A DNA stretch of 64,000 nt from Eledone cirrhosa (Eukaryota). Below, in pieces: positions 27,700 to 39,792 of the stretch; position 1 is the first letter of the stretch, and the number at the start of each line of letters is the position of its first letter. The stretch lies in NCBI GenBank assembly GCA_964016885.1, contig OZ024742.1, forward strand, positions 326,120,001 to 326,184,000, read 5' to 3'. Below the pieces are notes generated by a model. It was not told where the DNA came from and did not search any database. It saw nothing but the letters and a program-made list of their open reading frames with translations. The translations under genes were made by a program, and so were the position numbers.

Positions 27700-29700
27700 A
27701 AGAATGTGAACGTAGCTTTGTGGAGTCAACTAGAGAATAATTGACTTTTTTTTGTTAATTAGGGTCTCGTAGTTATTAATAATCATCAGGGTCTCCATTC
27801 TACAGAGTGCGCAGTTATTTGATATACTAGAATTGTGTTAAACTCCACAGTTCCAAAGTGTTGTCCAAAGAATGAAGTATTTTAAATTCTTCTCTTTTCA
27901 TATGAGCTGTGATATAAACATGGATGATTTCCTCTTTGAGTTCGAGAATGAGCATTTATGGTTCGCAAATCTGGCTTTAAAAGTGGAAGAAGTCGATCCT
28001 ATGTAGTTGTATTTATTGTGATCAGTTTTTACGGTGCATTTATAAACCAAATTACTATCTAAACAATTATTTTGCAAAGGGCAATCAGTTTTATTTCTAC
28101 AATTACATTTAGCTTTAGTATCATTTATGTTAACTTTATTATTAATATCATTATGCTGGTTTTGTTTTAGGATTTTAGTGCTTAATTTGGCGATGTTTTG
28201 GGCTATGTTACTGGTTGTAGAATACGAGAATTTAATGGTATTTCTATTTAAAATGGAATGGTATTTATGTTGAGTAGGGAAAGAGGTGTCAAGAGCTTTA
28301 AAGAATAATTTTGCGATTGGTGTTTTAACTGCGACAGAAGCAGGAGGGGGGGGGGGGCAAACCATATGACTGGTTTAGTTCTAGTTCTTATCCTTGATTT
28401 ATTTGACGTATTGGTGTTTGAATTATAATTAATAGAGTTTCTCTTATATATGTTATTAATTTTATTAAGATTAATACTTGGATTATTATTATCTACATGT
28501 TCTATGTTATTCGTATATCCTGCTCTTTTTAACGCGTTGTTATAGTATTCAGCGTTTTCATCGAATATATGTTTATTGGCTGATATTTTATTAATTCGTT
28601 TTTGCACACTATTTACTATAGCCTTTTTTTACTGATTTAGGGTGATTGGAATGGTTCCTAAGTTTTCATTGGGCTTATGAAAAGAGTAATAGAAGCCAGT
28701 GTTTAAGTTAAAGGTAACGTCTAGGAAATTAACTATTTTGGTACCATTTTCTACTTCTAATTTAAGGTTGTACATTTTAAAGAATTCTATTATACTTTTC
28801 TTTACTCTATTTAATTCTATATTGTTGTGTTTGACCACCATAAATAAAATATCGTCCCTAAATAAACCACCGGTAATCACCGGCAGTTTTCTACTTATCA
28901 TATTTAATATGAAAATTCCCAGAAGATCTGTGATTTGCGCGGAATCGGATGCCCCCATAGTGATATCAAACATTTTATCTCTATCTGAGCGGGTCCATTA
29001 TTCGTTGTTGAAGTTAATACGAGTTCTTCTGGCTGTTAGTATTATATCTATTTCATCCGTGGTTATATCAGTATGCTTATAAGCATATGACAGAGCCTTA
29101 TTTAGAAGGTTAGATGTTATGGAAGAATAGTAGCTAGTAATGTCCATCTGGATGAATTTATGGTTTTTCTTATCTTCTATATTTGTGTACCATTCTATGA
29201 CTTCGTTTGTATCTTTCCATAGATCTCAATTTAAGAGTGGGTAATATTCTATCTATGATGTTTTTACAGATTTCAATGGAGCAATCAGTCTAACTGGCAT
29301 CTCTTCATCAAAGTTTCTTTTATGATCCTTCAAGTCAATCCTCGGCTGCCTATGTAAGAATGGCTCAGTTCTTCCTTCTATTCCTAATTTGGTAATTAAT
29401 TTGTAGGCTTCTTCATTAATTTCAGTAAGATCCTCAGCCGGAGCTTTTTTTTGTAATTTTTCCTAGGTTTCTTTAAAATCAAGTTGTTATATTCATCTTT
29501 GCTTATCCCATATAAATTATTAGTTTTGTCCGATTTAACCAATACTTTGTTAACATTTTTTATTTCAGTGATGTTTTCTTTTAGAGTTCTAAGGTATTGG
29601 TGCCTATATATCGTTTTTTCCTAAATTTATTTTTTTTTGATTATACCGAGCATTTCAGAAGTTTATTGTATGGAGGATTCTTTCTTGATTTAAATAAAGA
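27700..29700 (-). pseudogene. Frameshifted PLE RT + GIY-YIG
   Basis: FDITMGASDSAQITDLLG, GLFRDD, NFLDVTF, IWFAPP, CNCRNKTDCPLQNNC, LVY...YIGST...FKARFANH. Confidence 0.9.
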
Positions 29701-30610
29701 TTCAAAATGATTGTTGATATTGTCAAATATAGAGCAAATATCCAATTTACGAATTATTATAAACATTATTTTGAACTATGAATTATCCATGCATTTATTA
29801 TTGTTTTTCTTATATATATATATATATATGTATTTAACTTTAACACGTAGAATTTTATTATATAATTTTTTTTACTTTGAGCTAGGAAAAATTAATACAT
29901 GTACACACGGTTATATATGGGTATATATTTAGTTTTAACATGCCTCAATCTATTATTTTATTTTTATTTTATGTTCATTATCATTTACTTAAAACATACT
30001 GGCTTATTAATTAATATATATCTATATACATAACCGTTATTTAAATGTTTCTAACAATAAGTACTTCAAAAGCTTTACATACCTAATACGTTGACAATGA
30101 CTAACTTCATTAAAGATGACATTTAGAATGGCTAACTAAACCCTTTACTTTAAATCTTATCACCAAAAAATTCTTATGCTTAGAAATGTTAACACACTTA
30201 TAAAATTTACAAAACTAATATATAAATAACCACCAATTTAAAAAAAAACCCCTAAAATATTGATTCTTCACCCTAAGATAACATAAATTAAATATTTTCA
30301 AACTTAACTGTTTAACTTTCGGAAAAAAGTCTCCTTTTGCATACATTAACCCCCTCATCTTTCCTCCTCTCTCTCATTAACTGTTATAATTCATGAAATG
30401 CTTGGCTAGATAAATTGTAGTATCATACATATTAAAATCTCGATAACTAGTACATTAAGCAACGTTTTTCTTACTCACACATTCTCTATTGAATTTATTA
30501 CGTTTTCGCATTTTCTCATTATTGGGGTATAAATGTTAAATGTTCTCTTAGGTTAATCACTACCTTGATAAAATCTTAACCTTTTAACATCTCAGGGTAT
30601 GTCATGTATC

Positions 30611-30673
30611 ATTATATTTTGTCTGATGAGGACGTACTGTTGTACAACCGAAATATGTATAATAAAATGTAAT
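30611..30673 (+). ncRNA. Type I hammerhead, PLE B inverted pLTR
   Basis: Same as 26193-26255 with one extra helix II mismatch. Confidence 0.8.
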
Positions 30674-30993
30674 TGATGAAAAGAACATCTATTTTATTAA
30701 TATTTATATTCTAATATTAATAACTCCGGAAAATTATTTCTCGTAGAGTGCTTCCAAAACCTACTGTAAAACTCATTCTTTGATATACTCATTGAATTTT
30801 GTTTAACTCTTCAATATATATATATATATATATATATATAAGTAGAAGGGATATTTCATTTGTTAGAAATTCAAGAAATGATGAAAGCGCACAAAAGTTT
30901 TTGGTACCCTTGAAATATATATAATAGAATAAATATGGTTTTATAAATATAGTTTCCATGTATTTAATATCATTGTATATATATATTTATATT

Positions 30994-31044
<51 letters not shown>

Positions 31045-31059
<15 letters not shown>

Positions 31060-31932
31060 TGTGGTTGTCTGTCTGTCTATCGATTTTTGGCACACATCTC
31101 CTCTTAGAATCTCTGACGGAATTGCACCGAAATTGCTATACTTGTACATTGAGCCCTAGCGAAGACATCGGAAGAAAAATATTTCAAATTGACCCACCCT
31201 ATGTGACGAAATCGAATCTAATGTATCGATTTTTGAGCGTAAGTGACGAGTTATTTCCCTTTGTTCTTCTTATCTATATATATAAAGCTGTGGTTGTCTG
31301 TCTGTCTATCGATTTTTGGCACACATCTCCTCTTAGAATCTCTGACAGAATTGCACCGAAATTGCTATACTTGTACATTGAGCCCTAGCGAAGACATCGG
31401 AAAAAAAATATTTCAAATTGACCCACCCTATGTGACGAAATCGAATCTAATGTATCGATTTTTGAGCGTAAGTGACGAGTTATTTCCCTTTGTTCTGTTT
31501 ACATTGAGCGTCTTACGTTCTGTTTACATTTTCTGCGTGCAAAAATTAAAAAAATTACGTGGCTTTCTCAGCGCTTAAAATAACATTAACACAATACACG
31601 AACAGTTGTCGAGCCAGCAAAATGTTGACCTGCAAAATTCATCAGTTCGAACACTAAGCTTCCGTTTCGCTTCATTTCCATTTAAAAACCTTTTAAAACA
31701 ATATTTTTACTTGAAAACAAGTCTATTTAAAGACTACGTAAAACAAAGCAAATATTTCGTAAAAAAAAGCAAAACTTATATAAGTTTATTTAAAATATAT
31801 GTAACTGTAGATTTCGATAGGCGTGCAAACAGATAGTCGTGCAGACAGACTTTAAGCCAAAAAAGAAACTTAACATTGTAACTTTAACACAGCTACTGAG
31901 CGACCCCGAGCAACGCCGGGCTTTACTGCTAG
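31045..31932 (+). mobile_element. Non-autonomous Helitron with a duplicated ~230-bp 5' module
   Basis: A|TCTATATATATAAA start at 31273, (GTCT)n, 3' hairpin CCCGAGCAACGCCGGG then CTAG|T; 31055-31266 is repeated at 31285-31496. Confidence 0.8.
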
Positions 31933-32086
31933 TATATATATATATGTATATATCTAAATATATATATGCGTGTGTGTCGTATGAGGGCATGTGCTTTAGA
32001 TATCTATATTTTCTCCCCATCGTATTTGTCTATGCTGTTTATTCGTTGACATTCTATAACCATTCTCTCTCTCTCTTTCTATATAA

Positions 32087-32129
<43 letters not shown>

Positions 32130-32709
32130 CACACATATTTAATACACATACACATACGGATATATATATATATATAAAGAAATATTAACTGGGACTATAA
32201 TTAAGCATGTCGGAGAGTGGAATTAAAAACCATTTCCTATGGACACTGAAGGTCATGCATAAAAATTGCCTCATAGGATGGGAAATACTGGTAAAATCTA
32301 GACCTCACAAAACGGGTCGACGAAAAATCTAAAATTTATGCACGGACGAAAGTTGGTGTATCCTCAAAAACCTTTCCATGAACAAGAGATCTCTAAACAC
32401 TCGACTGTTTATTTCTAATCACTGAATTCGCGCTTTTACGTACTATTTGAAGAGATGGCCCTCTTGAAGTTTTTATAATCTTTCATTTCTTTTAATTTCC
32501 CCAGAAAACTCAGAACTCTATGTTTTCTCCTATCGGAAGTTGTCTTTTTCGTTGCAACACTGTACGTTGAAAAATTTGAGTTTTTCAACATCTATGTTTG
32601 TCCTTGTGTTTCTATGTTTTATGAGTTCGTGGTAGAATTGAATTTAATGATATATTAAAACTCGCTTCATGAGCTGGGTGGTTTACATTTTGGATATTTT
32701 TACCAAAAT

Positions 32710-32797
<88 letters not shown>

Positions 32798-32860
32798 ACT
32801 ACTACTACTACGACGACGACGAATACGACGACGACGGCGACGACGGCGACGCCGACGATG
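32710..32860. repeat. Compound trinucleotide microsatellite (ACT)n(AAT)n(ACT)n(ACG)n
   Basis: Direct reading. Confidence 0.95.
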
Positions 32861-33282
32861 AAACGCACCTCGTAACAGCATCGATTACCAACATCTCACC
32901 ATCACACCCACCCTCATATACACTACAGGCCAGTACATCGCCTTGATCCTTATCACCAATCAAAACATCTCATTTTGTCAAACTCTTGAAACTCTGACTT
33001 TACCACATAGCATGTATTTCATTTTCTTATAGCATTTTAATAGGGTCCGTCGTGCTGCCGATTATTGAGTCGGGTAGGATCGATATAGATCGAACCTTGA
33101 GCTGATCAGTGGCGAAACGCGCGTCACCTATCAATAAATGCAATGAAGGAATAATCAATCGTCCTTTTTATCCTTTCTATATTTTACACTCTGTATAGCG
33201 CTACACATCATAACAGAAGTGAACCTAAACATCGAGTGCTCACCCGGGTGAACCTGCAGTAACTTCTAGTTACACCCACTGG

Positions 33283-33320
<38 letters not shown>

Positions 33321-33467
33321 ATAAGGAACGATCGACTTTCGTCAAATCGGACCGAGGGAACAATGTTTCCGTTGGTCTTTCCAATTGCTAATACTATCTA
33401 TGGAGTTGCGACCGATTGATAATATTAGCAATTGGAAAGACCGATGAACGAAAGTCGATCGATCCTT

Positions 33468-33571
<104 letters not shown>

Positions 33572-33604
33572 TGTATATATATACATAAATATATATATAA
33601 ATAT

Positions 33605-34205
33605 AATTGGTGTTGGATGCTTAAAGCGTCCGTATGCGGTAGGCCGTATGAGCACTCGATGCTCTCATAGAGCAGAGTATGATATCACGGAAAAAAGAGA
33701 ATCAGTGTTGCGACGAATGGAATTTATTGGACAGATTACAATCATCGCATACAATGCAGTTGAGGGTGTGTACGCCATCGGTGTAGAAGTGGGTGCCTAA
33801 AGACAGTGAAGATGTCGAAGTGCCGCCAGCAGTTCAAGCATACAACCCCTTACCTACTACAGTAGTAATTCCGACCTAAGAAACAAATTTGATTGACAGG
33901 TGGAGAATGAAAATAACCAAATAGTGGACATTCATGTGTGGCTAGAAATATCGATGACATGAACAATTCTTGACCACTCATGGAATGACAACAACAGGAT
34001 CCAAGCCGAGAAGCGCAGTATATCGAAGTAAAAGGACATAGGAAAATCTGCTTCGTAGAATGAAGACGTAGCCGAGGAAGCGATTTTCAGAGTCAGGTTC
34101 GATCATCACATCGATCGTGCCTCGAGCTGGTCGCCAGAGAAACGATTGTAATATGTCCAATAAATTCGATTCGTCGCAACACTGATTCTCTTTTTTTCCC
34201 TTGAT
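33605..34205. mobile_element. Fold-back element of the 9430 family (arms ~33688-33742 / 34144-34199)
   Basis: Inverted GAGAATCAGTGTTGCGACGAAT...TTTATTGGACA; flanked by (TA)n. Confidence 0.7.
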
Positions 34206-34536
34206 ATATATGAATATATATTTATATATATATATAAATATATATATATTTATATATATATATATACATATATAGTGATACACGCTCACACGGCTTCCAC
34301 ACCACCTTGGAATACCACCTATATACATATATATATATACATATGAGAATAAACGTGCTGCGTGGTTGCTAATGGGTTACATATGAATAAAGTTAGTCCT
34401 TCATCAGTGATCTTCGAACCATCATTGGTATTTCATCGCTTTAAAGACCATATACCTCCGGTTGGTGCGAGCAACGGATACATATATATATAAACCGTTG
34501 TATCTATTACATATATCTGCGTAGCATTGCATTGTC

Positions 34537-34573
<37 letters not shown>

Positions 34574-34788
34574 TAAGTTAAAGTGTACATCTACATATGT
34601 ATACGGAAGTATTAGTATGCATATAAATACACACATGTATACATATGTACATGTACTCAGCTTTTCACTAGACACTTTACAGTGAGTGTCAGCTAGTCTG
34701 TATGTAACCACACAGACGGACCGGGTTTTAGAGTCATACGGGTTTTCAAGGAAACACATTTCCTCTATTCTCCAGAGGGCCAGACAGG

Positions 34789-34833
34789 AATATTGGACTA
34801 GTTTCGATGTTATTACATCTCATCAGCAATATT
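34789..34833 (-). ncRNA. Minimal type I hammerhead ribozyme, unit 1
   Basis: aatattg CTGATGA gatgt aata acatc GAAA ctag TC caatatt. Canonical core, 7-bp helix I, 5-bp helix II, palindromic ACTAGT helix III, GUC site. Confidence 0.92.
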
Positions 34834-35257
34834 TACCCATCTTCCGGCTTCTCTGGAGAATTGTAAAAGCACATATCGTTATATGCTTTTTCTATGAAAA
34901 TTAATAGTGGGTAGACTAATTTGCATAGAACGTGAGTCATTGTACGCACCGGTTCAGCGGAAACGATAAAAACAAATAACGAAACGAAATTAAATTTCGT
35001 TTCGCTTCTAACTCACTTTTGTATGACTGACGCTTAAACAATTAAGTTAAAGTGTACATCTACATATGTATACGGAAGTATTAGTATGCATATAAATACA
35101 CACATGTATACATATGTACATGTACTCAGCTTTTCACTAGACACTTTACAGTGAGTGTCAGCTAGTCTGTATGTAACCACACAGACGGACCGGGTTTTAG
35201 AGTCATACGGGTTTTCAAGGAAACACATTTCCTCTATTCTCCAGAGGGCCAGACAGG

Positions 35258-35302
35258 AATATTGGACTAGTTTCGATGTTATTACATCTCATCAGAAATA
35301 TT
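35258..35302 (-). ncRNA. Minimal type I hammerhead ribozyme, unit 2
   Basis: Identical to unit 1 except G>T at the core-proximal helix I base. Confidence 0.85.
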
Positions 35303-35727
35303 TACCCATCTTCCGGCTTCTCTGGAGAATTGTAAAAGCACATATCGTTATATGCTTTTTCTATGAAAATTAGTAGTGGGTAGACTAATTTGCATAGAAC
35401 GTGAGTCATTGTACGCACCGGTTCAGCGGAAACGATAAAAACAAATAACGAAACGAAATTAAATTTCGTTTCGCTTCTAACTCACTTTTGTATGACTGAC
35501 GCTTAAACAATTAAGTTAAAGTGTACATCTACATATGTATACGGAAGTATTAGTATGCATATAAATACACACATGTATACATATGTACATGTACTCAGCT
35601 TTTCACTAGACACTTTACAGTGAGTGTCAGCTATGTCTGTATGTAACCACACAGACGGACCGGGTTTTAGAGTCATACGGGTTTTTAAGGAAACACATTT
35701 CCTCTATTCTCCAGAGGGCCAGACAGG

Positions 35728-35772
35728 AATATTGGACTAGTTTCGATGTTATTACATCTCATCAGCAATATT
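35728..35772 (-). ncRNA. Minimal type I hammerhead ribozyme, unit 3
   Basis: Identical to unit 1. Confidence 0.92.
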
Positions 35773-35902
35773 TACCCATCTTCCGGCTTCTCTGGAGAAT
35801 TGTAAAAGCACATATCGTTATATGCTTTTTCTATGAAAATTAATAGTGGGTAGACTAATTTGCATAGAACGTGAGTCATTGTACGCACCGGTTCAGCGGA
35901 AA

Positions 35903-35933
<31 letters not shown>

Positions 35934-35937
<4 letters not shown>

Positions 35938-36128
35938 GTGGAACACTGGAAGGTAATATCCGTAGTGGTAGCGCACACAGTCCAAGGGATAAGTTAGGTA
36001 GAAGTGGTTACACAACAGTTAGTTCACCATACCGAGGACCACTTCTACCTAACTCGTCCCTTGGACTGCGTGGTCTACCACTACGGAGAATTGTTCTCGG
36101 TATGGTGAACAAACTGTTGTGTAACCAC

Positions 36129-36132
<4 letters not shown>
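35934..36132. mobile_element. Scrambled fold-back of the PLE A 3' terminus
   Basis: Reverse complement of 3142-3244, then forward 3171-3219, then forward 3136-3178; between (TA)n tracts. Confidence 0.85.
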
Positions 36133-36175
<43 letters not shown>

Positions 36176-36179
<4 letters not shown>

Positions 36180-36641
36180 ACCGAGTAGGACCCCAACGGC
36201 TGAGCTCAAACGTTTCGACGGCTAATTCTGGACTAAATGAACATTTTTATCCTGGTATATGAATAGCCGAGCTTCTCAGGGGGTAATTCCATATATGGTA
36301 AAAGTGATTGTCACAAGGATTGGTCAAAAGTTTCTTTCTTCTACTGGTAGGTTCAGTTACTCCTCCTTCCAAAATTGCCTTGATAGAATCATGTGTCTCA
36401 ACAACAAACTTTTGACCAATCCTTGTGACAATCACTTTTACCATATATGGAATTACCCCCTGAGAAGATCGGCTATTCATATACCAGGATAAAAATGTTC
36501 ATTTAGTCCAGAATTAGCCGTCGAAACGGCTTGAGCTCAGCCGTCGGGGTCCTACTCGTTCCTATTACCCACTCTACTACCCTAAGTATTGAGTACTTTG
36601 GTGCGTTATGGTCCACCTGGTTCCTTACCACATTTCCTTCG

Positions 36642-36643
<2 letters not shown>
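36176..36643. mobile_element. Fold-back element, ~158-bp near-perfect arms (36176-36333 / 36406-36564)
   Basis: Mirror ORFs at 36247-36480 and 36259-36492 share both ends; (TA)n on both sides. Confidence 0.85.
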
Positions 36644-36709
<66 letters not shown>

Positions 36710-36990
36710 CAATCATATCTCATTTTGTTTGACCCGTTTTAGCTTGTTCGCTATTTTGCCTATGGTGGTTAGTGGCTTCTTAACCATCGTCTCAGCGTGT
36801 ATGACCTTTTTAACTTATGTTTATAGCTCTGGTATCTTCTTCAGTTCCATCGAGCGCTTGTCAGCACAATATGGAAGTTGCGTTTCGCTAATTTCTACCC
36901 GCCGAAATGCGATTCTCGCTAAATTATATTTATATATATATATATATCAATGATATTAATAAATGGAAACTATCTTTATAAAACCATATT

Positions 36991-37051
36991 TATTTTACTA
37001 TATATATTTCATGGGTACCAAAATGTTGGTATGCCCTCATCAGATAAAATA
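36991..37051 (-). ncRNA. Type I hammerhead, left arm
   Basis: tattttat CTGATGA gggcataccaa catt ttggtacccat GAAA tatata TA gtaaaata. Confidence 0.75.
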
Positions 37052-37219
37052 CAAAAGTTGTTTCATAAATATTGGCATATCCAAAAAATAAGAACTTATC
37101 GTTTTATGTTTAGTTTGGAAAACGATAAGTTCCTGTTTTTTGGATATGTCAATATTTATAAAACAACTTTTGTATTTTATCTGATGAGGGCGTACCAAAA
37201 TGTTGGTACCCTTGAAATA

Positions 37220-37238
37220 TCTGTATATATATATAATT

Positions 37239-37299
<61 letters not shown>

Positions 37300-38263
37300 T
37301 GTGTATTACCTATAGGGAACTACATCTTACGACCGATTTTCATGAAACTTTACAGGCTCATAGATTAGTCATCGGGGAATGTTTTCTATATATCAGCGTA
37401 TCGTTTTTTTTTATTCGGAAGTCATTCTGCAGATAAAAATCGATAGAGGAGTCACCTTTTTTTAGGTATCGAAAAATAAGATTTTTGGCTCTAGCTCCCA
37501 CATTTTGCCACCGATTTCGTTCAAATTTTAAAGGAAAATAGAAATACTGATTGCACATCCTGTAATCCCATTATATTTTGCATTTGTTGTTCAGGGACGG
37601 CGTGGCAGCCGCTAAAATATTAAAAATCCCGTTTTTAGACTCAAATTTCCACTTTTTCGGCTTTAGCGCCCATATTAATCCACCTACTTTGTTCAAATTT
37701 TACACTACGCTAGATCTCATTATTTCACATCTTAAAGTGGCTTTACATTTTGGATTTTTTGTTCAGGAATGGCGTGGCAGCCGCTTAAATATTCGAAAAC
37801 ACCACCTTTTCGCTCAAATATCCGTCTTTTCGCTTCTAGCTCCCACATTTTTCAATCAGTTTCGTTCAAATTCGGAACTTCGGCTCCACCTCACACATAA
37901 ATCAATTTATTTGGTTCAACTTTAAACTACGATAGAACCTATCATTGCACATCTTATAGATGGTCAAAGGTAAAACGATGGCCACTGACGTCGTCTGAGC
38001 TTTTAGTTGTGTATTTGAGAATTCATCGGTTTCCAATCAAGTAGCGTGAGGAAATTTGGCCTAGTGTTAGAGGTCATTACCTCCCTCCCCCAGCATGCCC
38101 CTTCGTCAGTCACCCACGTTTCTAGAGGTCATCATCACTCTCCCCCGCATGGCCTGTGTGTGGCCATAGATGAGTCATCGAGAAGCATTCGCTAAGATCA
38201 ACACCTTTTCATCAAAGCAGATATTATTTTACCTACCCAGGCAACGCTGGGTACTGCTGCTAG
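37220..38263 (+). mobile_element. Non-autonomous Helitron
   Basis: 5' TC, (GT)n, 3' hairpin CCCAGGCAACGCTGGG then CTAG; inserted between A and T with no TSD. Confidence 0.85.
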
Positions 38264-38423
38264 TATATAATAAAATAAATATGGTTTTATAAAGATAGTT
38301 TCCATTTATTAATGCCATTGATATTATACTTCAGAAGAATATTGTAGAGTCATTCGAATCTTTATAAAAAATTTGTTGAATAATCAACAAATTAAATATC
38401 TCTTTTCTTATAATATATATATT

Positions 38424-38513
<90 letters not shown>

Positions 38514-38989
38514 ATGCAATGCTACGCACATATGTGTAATAGATACAACGATTTATTAGTCTACATAAGAAACATACACTAACATCCTCACACAATCCAC
38601 ACGCTCACTCTCGCCATTGTGCCTGCTTAAAGAGAAAAGAGAGTTGAGATAGAGAAGGAAAGAGAGATAGCTTCCCCTCTATCCAACGTACTAGAAAACG
38701 ATGTACTTACACATACATATAAAACATGCATGTATTTGGCACATGCACCTATAATCGATAATTTATATATAATACATAAGAAGCGGATTCCACGTCAGCT
38801 GAAAACGTTTTCACAACTGAATATTTAAGCTAACTCAACAAACGCACCTGTGTAAAACCATAAATATAAAAAAATCAATATAATTAACACTAATTTAGAT
38901 ATAATTAATTATGAATCAATACGTTCATATACAACACGTATATCTATCTATATCTATATCTATCTATCTATTTATCTAGATTCTAGATT

Positions 38990-39410
38990 CCAGAACAACT
39001 GCTGTCGCATATGGGACAAATCCAGTTGACTGCCGAGTAAGCATCAAACCGCCAACTTCTTTCAAAAACGAAAGAGAGGCGGTTTTCCTCTGTATAGTGG
39101 TTATGGTAAAAGAGGTACCACTTTAGAAGTAGAATCAGAGTAGACAGAGAGGCACTGCATCCCAGTAAATTTACTGAAAGGTGGGTGAATGTAGCAAAAA
39201 CGCCCCGAGTAATTCGGTCTTCTCTGTAGGTTGAAGAAGAGAGCAAACGGAAGAAAGAAGCACTTGCACAACACGCTCCTGGAATTGAGGGTTGTTCTAT
39301 CGACGGGGTTTTAACAACCCAACTGTAAAGCCTCCATCCTACTGGGGATTTCGATTGTTAAATTAGTTTTATTTTAATATTTTTACACGACTGTATGTAA
39401 AATCCCCGGC
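38990..39410 (+). pseudogene. Short 3' fragment of L1/Tx1
   Basis: QLLSHMGQIQLTAE...KPPTSFKNEREAVFLCIVVMVKE matches the C-terminus of ORF 41788-42591. Confidence 0.75.
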
Positions 39411-39411
39411 A

Positions 39412-39680
39412 TAGAAATTTCCGGTTGGTTGGTTGGTTGGTTCCACAACCGGACGGTTGGTCATATATTGTCAAAGTTATTCCGTCACACACTCTGTGAC
39501 CTCATCAGTGACCGGGGATTATTTTCTTTGTGTTGTGCCTCTCCTTTGTTCTGTCCTACGCCATCTTGTTTTTGTGATTGTTGTGTGCTTAGTTTGGGCA
39601 TGTGTTACATCCGGGTGTCTTTGACAATATATGAACAACCGTCCGTTTGTGGAACCAACCAACCAACTGGAAATTTATAA
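39412..39680. mobile_element. Small inverted-repeat element carrying a decayed hammerhead on the minus strand (39470-39512)
   Basis: Arms 39415-39477 / 39620-39677; gtca CTGATGA g gtcaca gagtg tgtgac g GAAT...tgac. Confidence 0.65.
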
Positions 39681-39792
39681 ATTTCTTAAATTTATACTTT
39701 AATTTTTAATAAATTGGAGTGAAATCAAATGGTGCGTGTGTTTCTTATTGGCAACATGACCCTCCCAAAGTATAACAATATATATATATATA

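Larger units (their letters stand above)
26189..30810 (-). mobile_element. Penelope-like element B with ~1-kb inverted pLTRs (26189-27280 / 29727-30677)
   Basis: The two arms are reverse complements; degenerate RT and GIY-YIG lie between them; an HHR in each arm. Confidence 0.92.
34569..35902 (-). mobile_element. 469-bp tandem array (~2.8 units) with one hammerhead per unit: candidate non-LTR retrozyme
   Basis: Units start at 34569, 35038 and 35507, are nearly identical and non-coding, and are flanked by (TA)n. Confidence 0.85.
36945..38323. mobile_element. Fold-back pLTR-like element with a hammerhead in each arm; right arm interrupted by a Helitron
   Basis: 36945-37105 is the reverse complement of 37119-37219 joined to 38264-38323. 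Confidence 0.85.

Noticed and set aside
29415-29440. CTGAGGA...GAAA on the minus strand
   Set aside because: Lies within PLE coding sequence; no helix I or II.
34395-34412. CTGATGA on the minus strand just outside the array
   Set aside because: No downstream GAAA or stems.
34433-35373. Repeated 64-108 aa ORFs in the 469-bp array
   Set aside because: They recur only because the DNA is duplicated, and carry no recognisable motifs; short peptides cannot be fully excluded.
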